Virus record (IMG/VR): IMGVR_UViG_3300020159_001695 | Coordinates: 1 to 54,884 of that record | From: a virus | Lineage: Duplodnaviria; Caudoviricetes | DNA length: 54,884 nucleotides | Strand: one strand, 5' to 3' | Part shown: positions 9,819-19,275 of the stretch, piece after piece | Layout of the letters: the number at the start of each line of letters is the position of its first letter | How positions within the stretch are numbered: position 1 is the stretch's first letter | Made by a program: the position numbers and the translations under genes | The notes under the pieces: model-generated | Database searches by the model: none | What the model was told of the DNA's origin: nothing | What the model saw: only the letters and a program-made list of their open reading frames with translations

Positions 9819-10104
9819 CGAATTAAATTTAAACAATGAAAAGGTAAGTATATTATACTTCAGTGCATCTTGGTGTGGTCCTTGTAAAATATTAAAACCT
9901 GTAATGGAAGAAATTTCAAAAGAAATGTCTGATAATATTGATATTAATTATGTCGATATCAATGATAATATGGAATTGTCCGGTAAATATGAGATTATGT
10001 CAGTCCCAACACTTTTATTCGTTAAAGAAGGTGAGATTAAAAATAAAATTGTGGGATTGCAACCAAAAACAAATATTGTTCATGCAATCAATAACATCCA
10101 ATAA
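9799..10104 (+). CDS. trxA: Thioredoxin (second copy)
   Basis: FSASWCGPC and IMSVPTLL; ATG at 9799. Confidence 0.92.
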   Translation: MKVIQNNELNLNNEKVSILYFSASWCGPCKILKPVMEEISKEMSDNIDINYVDINDNMELSGKYEIMSVPTLLFVKEGEIKNKIVGLQPKTNIVHAINNIQ

Positions 10105-10108
10105 AAAA

Positions 10109-10228
10109 ATGACAGATAGTATTTTATTACAAGAAATCCTTGAAATGATAAAAACCACGCCGAATGACATGGTTTTAGGTGAAAAGGTTAGAAAATTATA
10201 TACTCAGAGTATTAATTCTGAAAAATAG
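10109..10228 (+). CDS. Small hypothetical protein (39 aa)
   Basis: MTDSILLQEILEMIKTTPNDMVLGEKVRKLYTQSINSEK starts 4 nt after the thioredoxin stop. Confidence 0.55.
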   Translation: MTDSILLQEILEMIKTTPNDMVLGEKVRKLYTQSINSEK

Positions 10229-10565
10229 CTTTTTCTATAATATGTGTATTTGATTTCAATATCGGGTTGCTGATATAACTATTAATAGCAGGATATTTAG
10301 CAAAGAATTCAGATTCAAACTTATCCGTTAGAACATAAATAGGGGTGTCTTTTTGACACCCTTTTATTTTATCAATATTTCCTTTAACTAAACCCTTTTC
10401 AATTACAATTAAATCTACTTGGTTTTTAGTTAAAAAATTCAATGCGAAATTAGCGTCTATAAAATCATATGTTATAACACCTTTAAGGTTGTTATTTATA
10501 ATTTTAGAATTAAGGATATTTGATAGTATATCCTCATCAATTATCGCCACTCTTTTATAACACAT
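10212..10565 (-). CDS. Degenerate single-domain response-regulator receiver
   Basis: RVAIIDED...AL.FL....VDLIVIE...TPIYVLT...YISNPI follows the REC layout; the phospho-Asp position is Glu and KP is NP. Confidence 0.62.
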   Translation of the reverse strand: MCYKRVAIIDEDILSNILNSKIINNNLKGVITYDFIDANFALNFLTKNQVDLIVIEKGLVKGNIDKIKGCQKDTPIYVLTDKFESEFFAKYPAINSYISNPILKSNTHIIEKAIFQN

Positions 10566-10583
10566 ATTATTAGTATAATATTT

Positions 10584-11072
10584 TTAATACACGAGTATGC
10601 AACGATCCGGGCGTAATGTTACTGCAATATCTGCAATATCATTAGAACTATAATCTAATGAACCAAAATTAGCTGACGTGATAAATGTTCCTTCTAATCT
10701 CCATTTTTGAACTACAGCTCCTGGTGGGTCTAATAATTCTAAATCAATATCTTTTTTATAACCCGCTGCGTAACCCATACGACCTGTTACTGATTCAGCG
10801 CATAAACGAACCCATTCCATAAGTGCTTGTGATGCTGAAGGTCCAATTGGATCTTTGAAATTAACGTCAATTGTTCCCCAAGTAAATCTACCTGCTACAT
10901 ATGTAGAAGTATTTAAGAATGGAACTTCTGTCCCCTCAATTGTTATTGTTGGTCTTGATGCTGATGTAACATACCATTCGTTAATACCTAAAGTTGATGG
11001 GAATCTTACGATAAACCTATTTTTTCTTAACGGTTCAAATGGTAATGGTATTTTGCTTAATAAATCTGCCAT
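10584..11072 (-). CDS. Tail tube protein (T4 gp19-like)
   Basis: FEP.RKNRF...SASRP...YVAGRFTW...GYAAGYKKDI.L.LLDP.G..V..W.L.G.F....FG.LDY. Confidence 0.9.
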   Translation of the reverse strand: MADLLSKIPLPFEPLRKNRFIVRFPSTLGINEWYVTSASRPTITIEGTEVPFLNTSTYVAGRFTWGTIDVNFKDPIGPSASQALMEWVRLCAESVTGRMGYAAGYKKDIDLELLDPPGAVVQKWRLEGTFITSANFGSLDYSSNDIADIAVTLRPDRCILVY

Positions 11073-11104
11073 ATTTTTTTAATTTAAATTTTTATCTTTA
11101 TACA

Positions 11105-11112
11105 TATAAATA
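11105..11112 (-). promoter_or_regulatory. Putative late promoter TATTTATA (tail tube)
   Basis: The same octamer precedes many structural genes on their sense strand. Confidence 0.6.
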
Positions 11113-11130
11113 GTGTGTTTTCATAAATAT

Positions 11131-11355
11131 TCATTCACCACTATTTTTCTTATTTTTTTTAGACAAGTAGAAATATAAAGAGAATAAACACCCAGATATG
11201 AGGTAAAAAATTGAAACTGTAATCCAATATGAACCTGTCAGGTTGAGGATACTGAAAAAAATCATATCGTAACCAAACGGATTGAAGAACATTGCTGTCA
11301 TCAATATGGCGGTTAGATAATTTTCTTTTATCTTGTTTTGAATCTTTAAAATCAT
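11131..11355 (-). CDS. Small membrane protein (two TM helices)
   Basis: Two hydrophobic segments around FFNPFGYD and a basic C-terminal tail. Confidence 0.65.
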   Translation of the reverse strand: MILKIQNKIKENYLTAILMTAMFFNPFGYDMIFFSILNLTGSYWITVSIFYLISGCLFSLYFYLSKKNKKNSGE

Positions 11356-11480
11356 TACGTTTCGTGTCCATATCTTAAAAGGGTTTATTTACTTAAAACA
11401 ACTACTTATTCATTGCTAGTCAATAAATACACGATAAATAAAAAAATGAATATTTTTTTTTATATACGATTATTTTTACC

Positions 11481-11488
11481 TATATTTG
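11481..11488 (+). promoter_or_regulatory. Bacteroidota -7 element
   Basis: TATATTTG 22 nt upstream of ATG 11511. Confidence 0.55.
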
Positions 11489-11510
11489 CATATAATAATG
11501 ATATTGTATT

Positions 11511-12044
11511 ATGACATTTAAAAATAAAGACTTAAAAGTATTTGTAAGATTTGGCGGTGTTAATCTTAAAACCCAAAAAGGTTATGAGTTTAATCCTACT
11601 ACTTTCCATAAACCACCAACCAGACGTGGATTTTATGCCATGCCTAAAATCGCTCAAGAATATTTTCTTATAGGTTCAATAAATGAAACCCAACCGGGGA
11701 TTGTTGCAAAATTAAAAGATAATGAAGATTATTTTGATTGGGATAAAAAACGTAAAAAATCAATGTCTTTAAGAAGAAAAGAATTTAAGAAGGTTAAAGG
11801 TTTTATATGGCATCATCTTAGTGATTATTGTGATATGAATGAAATTGTTGCAATTCACGGTTCTTGGGTTAAAACAACCATACATCATTGGGAAATCGCC
11901 TTTAAAAGAATGTCAATTAAATATAGGTACGGTGAGGCTAAACAAGGTTTTGACTTCTCAGTTAATTCTATTAATAACGCTAAAGGTATTATAGGTTTTT
12001 ATTCTAAAGACCATTGTGAAGTTTTTTTTGATGAAAAAGTTTAA
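11511..12044 (+). CDS. Hypothetical protein
   Basis: 177 aa basic ORF with its own promoter and terminator, oriented against the structural genes. Confidence 0.7.
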   Translation: MTFKNKDLKVFVRFGGVNLKTQKGYEFNPTTFHKPPTRRGFYAMPKIAQEYFLIGSINETQPGIVAKLKDNEDYFDWDKKRKKSMSLRRKEFKKVKGFIWHHLSDYCDMNEIVAIHGSWVKTTIHHWEIAFKRMSIKYRYGEAKQGFDFSVNSINNAKGIIGFYSKDHCEVFFDEKV

Positions 12045-12062
12045 TTTAAAATAAAAAATAGC

Positions 12063-12096
12063 AAAAAAAAAGGTGGAATAATATCCACCTTTTTTT
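12063..12096. terminator. Bidirectional intrinsic terminator
   Basis: A run, aggtgga/tccacct hairpin, T run between convergent genes. Confidence 0.8.
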
Positions 12097-12113
12097 ATAG
12101 AGTTTAATTAAGA

Positions 12114-13955
12114 TTATCTTAATTCTGCAATGTTAAATGTTCTAACACCATCTACTGTGATAACACCATAGAACCTATTGTTCAACACCTTAGTTGCGTA
12201 TCTAGTCATGATACCTTTAATAGGTGCGAAAGTGAATGGATTATACATAGTTGGAGTTAATTGTAATGGAACGTATGGAGCATATACATAACCAGTATCT
12301 AACATAGATGAACCTTTGTGTCCGATTAACACTTTGTTAGCTGGGAAGTATGGATCTCTATACACTTTGTATCTTCCTTGAAGAGTTCCAATTTTTTCAA
12401 TACCCATATTGTATTGATCTTCTTCAGGGTTAGCGTTTGAAACGTGGAAGTATTGTAAATCATCAAAGATTGCTGAAACTTCAGCTGAACAAACGATCCA
12501 GTTAGCACCACCTCTTAAAGTTGATTTGAAGATTTGAGCTGAAATTTGATTGATTGCTGTAATCAATGTTTGGTTCCAGTCTTTTTGAGTATATGGAGCT
12601 TGACCTGCTGAGAATCTCTTCCAACCGTTCCAATCCCATCTTAATCTCCAAGCCGCTGCTTTTCTTAAATCTCTCAAGATTTCTCTATCAATTTCCGCTG
12701 CGATTTCTTCAGATAAAATAGCTGTTAATTCAGCTTCTGCGTCAATGTTATGGAATGCACTAACGTCTTGAGCCATTTCAGGAGACCATTGTGCTCTTAA
12801 TTTTCTTTCTGTTACAGAGATTGTTACTGAATCTAATTCGAAAGAAACTTCACCTAAAGCTGCTTCAAATTCTAATTCTCTATATTGTCTCCATTTAGCT
12901 GAGAAGTTTGAGAATGTTTCACCCGCACTACCTGGTAAGTATGTACCAACGTAACCATCTACTGAATCACAAGAAATACAAGCTGGACAACTTAAATCTA
13001 CCTCAACATACATTTTACCACTAGCATTACAAACATCTTGAGCTGATGAAAGTACTGATTGACCACCTAAATTACCTGTTACTTGAGCCCAATAATCAAC
13101 GATTTGTCTTGAATATTTTTGAGTTACAACTCTAAATTCTAAAGGTGAATTAGCTGCGTATGATATAGTTGAACCTTTACCTGAGCCAAGACCACCTGTT
13201 GAACCTGTACAACAGAATAAATTAGTGTCATTTAACATTTGGAATGACGCTAAGAATTCTTCAGTATCCATTTCATTACCATTAGGTCCAATGATTTTAC
13301 CAGCCCCACCTGAAGTGAAACCTGTTACTTCTAAAGTTGCATATCTTGTACAACCTGAAGCATTAACAGCTGTAACTGTATTAAACTGTGAAGTGCCTGC
13401 TGATAAAGTAACTAAACTAACGATTTTCAATGCACCTGTTGTGAATTCTTGGTAAGCACCTTTAGATCTGTCAAACAATTGGTTGTTATCTAAACCTGAA
13501 GTTGAATCATAGTAAGAATCATACAAGTTAGTTGATTGGAAAGGTGTGTTTGTAGTATCAGCATTTGGATAACCAAATGGATTTGAATGTTGCCATACAC
13601 CACCAACATTTGTTCTCTGAGAAATTTTAGGAACGAAGAAGAAAATTCTACCAATCGGCATGTTCAAAGCTTGAACTGAAACGATTTCGTTAGCTAATAA
13701 TTTTGAGAATACCCTTCTAATGATAGGGAATACTACTGTTTCGAAAGAACCTGCTGAATCTGTTGCAGTTGCTTCGTTAATTAAAAACGATGCTTGATTT
13801 TCGAATAATTGAGCCACATTGTCTTTAGTGTGACCATCTAAACCTTCAAGAAAGCCCATTCTATCCCATTTTTGGATAGTTTGCTCTCTTACAAGTTTCA
13901 TTTGTTTTAATCCGATGTTTCCTACTTCACCAGATTTTAATAAAAAACTACTCAT
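12114..13955 (-). CDS. Major capsid protein (T4 gp23-like)
   Basis: PIIRRVF...VSVQ.LN.P.G.IF; RKLRAQWSPEMAQD...H..DAEAELT.ILSEEI..EIDREI; GYVYAPYVPL; F.P.KGIMTRY. Confidence 0.96.
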   Translation of the reverse strand: MSSFLLKSGEVGNIGLKQMKLVREQTIQKWDRMGFLEGLDGHTKDNVAQLFENQASFLINEATATDSAGSFETVVFPIIRRVFSKLLANEIVSVQALNMPIGRIFFFVPKISQRTNVGGVWQHSNPFGYPNADTTNTPFQSTNLYDSYYDSTSGLDNNQLFDRSKGAYQEFTTGALKIVSLVTLSAGTSQFNTVTAVNASGCTRYATLEVTGFTSGGAGKIIGPNGNEMDTEEFLASFQMLNDTNLFCCTGSTGGLGSGKGSTISYAANSPLEFRVVTQKYSRQIVDYWAQVTGNLGGQSVLSSAQDVCNASGKMYVEVDLSCPACISCDSVDGYVGTYLPGSAGETFSNFSAKWRQYRELEFEAALGEVSFELDSVTISVTERKLRAQWSPEMAQDVSAFHNIDAEAELTAILSEEIAAEIDREILRDLRKAAAWRLRWDWNGWKRFSAGQAPYTQKDWNQTLITAINQISAQIFKSTLRGGANWIVCSAEVSAIFDDLQYFHVSNANPEEDQYNMGIEKIGTLQGRYKVYRDPYFPANKVLIGHKGSSMLDTGYVYAPYVPLQLTPTMYNPFTFAPIKGIMTRYATKVLNNRFYGVITVDGVRTFNIAELR

Positions 13956-13989
13956 AGTTGTTATTTGTTTATTTGTTTTATTTTATTTA

Positions 13990-15279
13990 TTATTTTCTTG
14001 ATGGACTTAATTTAGCCATCAATTCTTTTATTTGTTTTATTTTTGGGTCTTCATAAACTACCGATTCAGTTAATTTAGATGAACTAGGATTTAAACTTCT
14101 ATCTACACTTTCTGATAAATCGCTTAAGTTAGAAATAGATTTCTTACTTGATAACTCATCTGTGATGATTCCGAATAAACTCTTAGATTCATTGATATTT
14201 TTCACGTTATCAAATCTTTTAAGAATATCAAATTTTTCTTTTTTGGTTGTTGTGTGTTCTGTGAACAATTTGTTAGTGTATGAAAGATTGGTGTAATAAA
14301 CAGCCATTTCATTCATCTTTTCTTTTAATGTAGATAAAGCTTTTTTGTATTCCTCATTTTTAGTTTTATAACCTTTTAATTCAGATTCAACTAATGAAAG
14401 TTTTCTAGCTAAAGATTCAACCTTAAATCCATTCTTATAAGAATAGTTTCTGTTAGGTGTGATTGCTTTTCTTAAACCTCTAGAGCCGTCTTTTGAACCA
14501 AAACCGTATGTTCTAGCAGCTTCTTCTAAGTCCTCATCATCTTCATCTTCGTCCTCATCTTCATCAATAACTTCTTCTTCTTCAGAAAGTTCAATTTCAT
14601 ACATAACTTCTTCTTTTTCTAACGCATCTTTTGTTGACATAGGGTGTTCGTCACCATACTCATCAAGTTCTTCATTATCTTCGTCCATCATTTCTCTCAT
14701 CCAACCTTCGAATTCCTCATCTTCATCCATCATTCCATCGGTTACAGGATAAACATCGTCATCGTCATCGTCATCCAATTCGATTTCTAAATCATCGAAA
14801 TCTTCAAATGAAGCTTCATCCAAATACTCATCAAGTTCTTCGTCAGTCATTTCTTCAACGCCTTCCATTTGTAGGATATATTCTTTATCCCCATCTTTAA
14901 AGCGAACTCCGCCGTCTGTTTTAGTAACTTCAATAGAATCTTCTGGACCCATAGCTTTAAATACTTTGATTACATCGGTATCTGATGCGTTTGTCATATC
15001 CATAACTTCTTCTTCCCCTTCTTCTTCCCCTTCTTCATCATCCATTTCTGGCATTTCTGGCATTTCAGGTGCTTCCGGCATTTCAGGTGTTTCCATACCC
15101 ATAGAATCCATTTCAGGTGATTCAACCTCTTCTTCTTCAGTTAAAGAACTTTTAATGAGATCTTCGATCTCTTGCTTCATAGCTGACGCTAGAACTTCCT
15201 TTCCTACTTCTTTCACTGCTTCCTCTAATTGACTTGCTTCTATTAGAGCTTCTTCAATAATTGAATTTGTTTTTTTCAT
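13990..15279 (-). CDS. Prohead core scaffold protein (gp22-like)
   Basis: Very acidic, coiled-coil protein directly upstream of the capsid gene, with many (I/L)-x-E sites. Confidence 0.75.
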   Translation of the reverse strand: MKKTNSIIEEALIEASQLEEAVKEVGKEVLASAMKQEIEDLIKSSLTEEEEVESPEMDSMGMETPEMPEAPEMPEMPEMDDEEGEEEGEEEVMDMTNASDTDVIKVFKAMGPEDSIEVTKTDGGVRFKDGDKEYILQMEGVEEMTDEELDEYLDEASFEDFDDLEIELDDDDDDDVYPVTDGMMDEDEEFEGWMREMMDEDNEELDEYGDEHPMSTKDALEKEEVMYEIELSEEEEVIDEDEDEDEDDEDLEEAARTYGFGSKDGSRGLRKAITPNRNYSYKNGFKVESLARKLSLVESELKGYKTKNEEYKKALSTLKEKMNEMAVYYTNLSYTNKLFTEHTTTKKEKFDILKRFDNVKNINESKSLFGIITDELSSKKSISNLSDLSESVDRSLNPSSSKLTESVVYEDPKIKQIKELMAKLSPSRK

Positions 15280-15309
15280 GTTTTTATAAAATGATTTTAT
15301 TCGTTACAT

Positions 15310-15317
15310 TATAAATA
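15310..15317 (-). promoter_or_regulatory. Putative late promoter TATTTATA (scaffold-capsid operon)
   Basis: Octamer 30 nt upstream of the scaffold ATG. Confidence 0.6.
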
Positions 15318-15362
15318 GTAGGTTTTACGATAAATCATCATTTTAACTTAAATATTTTTTAT

Positions 15363-15443
15363 AGGGCATAAAAAAACCCTTGATTAACAAGGGTTGTTAT
15401 AGAAATAAAAGGGCATAAAAAAACCCTGATTTACAGGGTTTTT
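15363..15443 (-). terminator. Tandem duplicated terminators
   Basis: Two aaccct...agggtt hairpins sharing the 18-bp direct repeat agggcataaaaaaaccct (15363-15380, 15410-15427). Confidence 0.75.
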
Positions 15444-15448
15444 AGTTT

Positions 15449-15694
15449 TTAGATTGCTTTTCCATCTTGTATGATGGATTCAACCTTAGTTTTAGTTACA
15501 CTTTGAATACTCCAATCATAAACTGTTCCATCCATAAATTGAACCATTTGGGCTTCCACATCAGTTGGACTTACCGCTTTTACGATAAATTCTTCATTTT
15601 TTTTCTTAACCTTACCTGAGTTTTCGTCAGGTATTAACATTGTTGTAACGCACTTAAAGTAATAAAAATCTTTTTCTTCCATAATATTTAACAT
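15449..15694 (-). CDS. DUF4494-like protein
   Basis: YFKC......DENSGKVKK..EEFIVKAVSPTDVEA...I.SVTKTKV resembles the Bacteroidota DUF4494 N-terminus. Confidence 0.65.
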   Translation of the reverse strand: MLNIMEEKDFYYFKCVTTMLIPDENSGKVKKKNEEFIVKAVSPTDVEAQMVQFMDGTVYDWSIQSVTKTKVESIIQDGKAI

Positions 15695-15747
15695 TTGTAG
15701 TTTAACTATAAATAAAAAAACCCAGATTGGAAATATCTGGGATTCAA

Positions 15748-16092
15748 TTATTTTTTATGTTTAATGATTAATTCACCTAACACTTCTATTAAACCAACTA
15801 ATTTTTGAAATTCTACTTGTCCGATATTTACATCCTCACTTAAACCACATAATTTATCTAAACGTTCCTTTAACTCACTTTTAGATTTTTCCAAATCAAA
15901 TTTACCTTCCGATGCTTTTTTATAGTATGGTAATTTAACAATAAAATGGTGATATGTCAGCATAGAAAAACCACCTTTTTCTTTTGCGTTATTGGCTATC
16001 TTTTCAGCCCCACCAAACCTTTTAGATGCGAATTCTTCGAAATCGCTAGTCTTAATTTTTTTAAGTTGTTCTTCTGTAATAATAATTTTCAT
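15748..16092 (-). CDS. Hypothetical protein, probably head-packaged
   Basis: MKIIITEEQLKKI leader; located in the head gene cluster. Confidence 0.65.
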   Translation of the reverse strand: MKIIITEEQLKKIKTSDFEEFASKRFGGAEKIANNAKEKGGFSMLTYHHFIVKLPYYKKASEGKFDLEKSKSELKERLDKLCGLSEDVNIGQVEFQKLVGLIEVLGELIIKHKK

Positions 16093-16119
16093 AATACTTT
16101 ATTTTTTAATACGTAATTA

Positions 16120-16464
16120 TTAACACATATCATCATCTTCATCTAATGATTCATCGTTTGGTGTTCTCATTATCCATTCATCCATTTCCATTGAACCTTC
16201 ATCTGATTTACCCATAAAGAAATCAAATACTTGATCCATATTGTTTTTAGCCTCTGATATATGATCATCAGCCCAATCGTGTCCGTTTTGGATAATACTA
16301 TCAATCATATTTTTATCCATTGATAATAGTTTCTCACATTGACGTTTTATTTGTTCTAAGTTAGAAAAAAACATATAATTTGTATATGATTCGGAATTAT
16401 CTTCTCTAATAACTCTTCTAACAATCCGTGTTAAATCCGATTCTGTTAATTTAATTTTTTTCAT
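16120..16464 (-). CDS. Hypothetical protein, probably head-packaged
   Basis: MKKIKLTESDLTRIVRRVIRE leader. Confidence 0.65.
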   Translation of the reverse strand: MKKIKLTESDLTRIVRRVIREDNSESYTNYMFFSNLEQIKRQCEKLLSMDKNMIDSIIQNGHDWADDHISEAKNNMDQVFDFFMGKSDEGSMEMDEWIMRTPNDESLDEDDDMC

Positions 16465-16469
16465 ATTAT

Positions 16470-16628
16470 TTATCTTCCTTGTGATTTGTAAGGCTTTTTA
16501 TAATTTTTTGATGATTTACTAGTTGAAGTTTTTGATTTTGCGTGGATTCCATTACCACTTTTTTTAGTGTTTAAGTTAATTTTTGTACCTGACGAAGATT
16601 TAGAACCCCCTTTACCTTTTACTGCCAT
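16470..16628 (-). CDS. Small very basic protein (52 aa, not in the ORF track)
   Basis: MAVKGKGGSKSSSGTKINLNTKKSGNGIHAKSKTSTSKSSKNYKKPYKSQGR; TAATG-coupled to the protease gene. Confidence 0.7.
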   Translation of the reverse strand: MAVKGKGGSKSSSGTKINLNTKKSGNGIHAKSKTSTSKSSKNYKKPYKSQGR

Positions 16629-17329
16629 TATATTAAAAAATTATCAATTGATTTTATTACATCTTCAGAAATAATTGTATTATTATTAATACTTTCTGTA
16701 TAAATTTTACTTAATGATTGATCGGTAAATAAATAAGCTCCAGGTGTTGATGGTTGTGAAACCAAGTCAAAACAAATTAACTCAAAATCCGATTGAACTA
16801 TATTTTTATTACCTTCTTTTTTTAGCGAACCAATACCTCTTGATGAAATACCAATTGTAATTCCGTGTAATAAAAGATTTGCTGCGATATCAGGTGCGTA
16901 ATTACCTACATAACCATATTTCTTAAATCCTGGTGAAGTTAAAATTTTAAGCTTACCCCATAATTCTTTTCCTTCCCACCAAGTTTCTACTATCTCGTGT
17001 GAAACTCTTTCTAAGTCAATAATTGATGTTTCAGGGTGATTTAATTCCGATATGGCTCTATGTTGATCAATAACCTTTTGATACTTTTCTACGTTAGCCT
17101 TTAATACCTTCTCAGGGTATATCCTACCATTTTTATTTTCTGTATCATATTTTTGAAGAATTGCGTATAATATAATATCTTTATCTTGTTCAATTGAGTA
17201 TGATTCTACCAGCCTAGAGTTACGTTCAATTTTGGGATCAATATATCCTGTATTGTCTATAATGATACCAAAACCTTCTTCATTCTCTTTTAAGACCCTC
17301 AATTTAGAATAATCAATGTATTTTGTCAT
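16628..17329 (-). CDS. Prohead core protease (T4 gp21-like, peptidase S77)
   Basis: NKNGRIYP, SELNHP, VSH, GISSRGIGSL, DFELICFDLVSQPSTPGA. Confidence 0.95.
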   Translation of the reverse strand: MTKYIDYSKLRVLKENEEGFGIIIDNTGYIDPKIERNSRLVESYSIEQDKDIILYAILQKYDTENKNGRIYPEKVLKANVEKYQKVIDQHRAISELNHPETSIIDLERVSHEIVETWWEGKELWGKLKILTSPGFKKYGYVGNYAPDIAANLLLHGITIGISSRGIGSLKKEGNKNIVQSDFELICFDLVSQPSTPGAYLFTDQSLSKIYTESINNNTIISEDVIKSIDNFLI

Positions 17330-17425
17330 ACCTATAAATATAAGGGAAAATAAAATTTGTTATTTTAATGAAAAATACTTATTCTTTTATCACTTAATAA
17401 AATAAATGAATTATAAAAATAAAAT

Positions 17426-17854
17426 ATGATTAAAACCGGAAAAAAATTAAATCTAACATTAGATGAAAGATTTAAAGTGAGTTATGGGACTGTTAATATT
17501 AAAAATCCGATATCAATCTACTTACAAATGTCAACTTGGATTAAACCCCTTGAAACTTATGAGAATTACGAAAATCTTATAAAAAAACTAACAAAAGATT
17601 ATAAACAATCATTAAATTACACACTCAAAAACTCTTTCTTTGATGAAAGAAAATGGATAGTCGATTTAGATTTAAGAAGCTCCGGTATGGAAAAAGATAA
17701 GAAATCTTTTATGTCGGTAGATACCGTTCTATTTTACCACGAACCACAAGATCCATTTAGAAATGATATCCAAGCATTCGTTAAACATAAATGTTGTGAC
17801 TTACTTAAAGTATTTACCGAAAACGATGAAATTGAATGTTATCCTAAAAAATAA
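17426..17854 (+). CDS. Hypothetical protein
   Basis: 142 aa ORF divergent from the protease gene and followed by a terminator. Confidence 0.7.
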   Translation: MIKTGKKLNLTLDERFKVSYGTVNIKNPISIYLQMSTWIKPLETYENYENLIKKLTKDYKQSLNYTLKNSFFDERKWIVDLDLRSSGMEKDKKSFMSVDTVLFYHEPQDPFRNDIQAFVKHKCCDLLKVFTENDEIECYPKK

Positions 17855-17869
17855 TTACCACCACCATAT

Positions 17870-17959
17870 AAACCTGAAGTTCTAATTGGAATTTCAGGTT
17901 TTTTATTGCGGTAAAAATAAACCCCCTATAAAATAAAAAAACCCCATTAAGGGGTTTTT
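17870..17959. terminator. Pair of terminators between convergent genes
   Basis: aaacctgaa...ttcaggttttttt (17870-17904) and aaaacccc...ggggtttt (17935-17959). Confidence 0.7.
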
Positions 17960-17961
17960 AA

Positions 17962-19257
17962 TTATTTAAATAAATCCGATATATCAATATCATCAATGTC
18001 TATATCTTCTTCAGGTTCTTCATATGAACCCATCGCTGTTTCGTAATCTTCTTTGGTTATAGCATCTTTAATATCGTTAGCTAAATCAACCATCATTTGC
18101 TTACCCCTGTCGGATTTCTTTAATATCTCTTTCATAAAGATATTAAAATCTCTTGGTGGCATTTGAGCGATTTTTATGTATAATTTAGATTTAATATCCA
18201 ATTCGTTTTCATCAATCGCCTCTAAAAATCTACTCCAAAAATTAGGTCCTAACATTAAGTCCCAATTTTCAGCTTCCAAGAAGTCAGCCTTACTTAAAAT
18301 ATATTTAGATTTAGCTTCAGCACCTTCTTCATCTGATTGAGGTAATCCCCAAGCTGACATATATTCCATATATGATTTAACAATTTCGTGACAAAGAATT
18401 GGGAATGATCTCGCTCTACAAATTAATGTAGGTGGATCAGTTGTAAAATCAACTCTTTCAGAACCACCAGCTCGTTCGCCTGATGACGCAGCCGCTGCGG
18501 CTTCAGGTGGTATCATAAAATACGCCCATTCTGTAATTGCCATCAATAACCCATATTCGTCAATTAAATCCTCATCAATTGCATTGATTTCATCTTCAGC
18601 CATATGGAACATATATTGTCCCTTAAATGCCGCACCTGCCATCATTGCATTTAAAAATCTTCTTTTAGCTACTTCTAAATCCAATTCTTCAATGTTTTCA
18701 ATAACCTCTTCGGGTTCTTGCTCCATTTCCATTTCAGCTTCTTTTTGAACATCACTCAAATCAACAGGAAGGGTTAAAGACACATCGTATTGTAATGTCC
18801 CATCATAATAGATAGTTTTACCATCCTCAACCTTAGTTTGTAATTCACCAGGAATATTGAAATCTTGCTTTAATAATTTAATTGCTAATTTTTCCAATTG
18901 TGGTTTATGATTTCTTTCTCTAGAAATCATATCATTAACCAAAGCCATTTGTAATCTAACTAAACCCATCATATCTATAACACCTCTTCTATCAACTACA
19001 TTGATGTTTTCAAATCTACTTGCGTATGATTTAATCTTTTCAATAGAGCTCTTAAATTGTTCAGACGCCATTATCTCCTCAAAATTACTTTGAGGCGTTC
19101 CTTCAGGGTATGCTGGGTTAGCACCTAATGGGTTTTGTCTGTTAGTTAATCTTCTCTCAATAGAGGGGTTTATTCTGTTTGGATTTTCTCCGTATGGAAT
19201 CATATCTTCTTTTATTAATTTTAAAACTTCTTTTTTCTTAAATATTTTGTTACTCAT
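17962..19257 (-). CDS. Hypothetical protein, probably virion-associated
   Basis: 431 aa acidic ORF; N-terminal LIKE site; contains an HExxK segment (LCHEIVK). Confidence 0.7.
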   Translation of the reverse strand: MSNKIFKKKEVLKLIKEDMIPYGENPNRINPSIERRLTNRQNPLGANPAYPEGTPQSNFEEIMASEQFKSSIEKIKSYASRFENINVVDRRGVIDMMGLVRLQMALVNDMISRERNHKPQLEKLAIKLLKQDFNIPGELQTKVEDGKTIYYDGTLQYDVSLTLPVDLSDVQKEAEMEMEQEPEEVIENIEELDLEVAKRRFLNAMMAGAAFKGQYMFHMAEDEINAIDEDLIDEYGLLMAITEWAYFMIPPEAAAAASSGERAGGSERVDFTTDPPTLICRARSFPILCHEIVKSYMEYMSAWGLPQSDEEGAEAKSKYILSKADFLEAENWDLMLGPNFWSRFLEAIDENELDIKSKLYIKIAQMPPRDFNIFMKEILKKSDRGKQMMVDLANDIKDAITKEDYETAMGSYEEPEEDIDIDDIDISDLFK

Positions 19258-19275
19258 TTGACATAATAAATGAAC

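Noticed and set aside
14459-15232. Ser-rich plus-strand ORFs (and similar antisense ORFs at 19445 and 53386)
   Set aside because: They are shadows of acidic or repetitive genes on the opposite strand.
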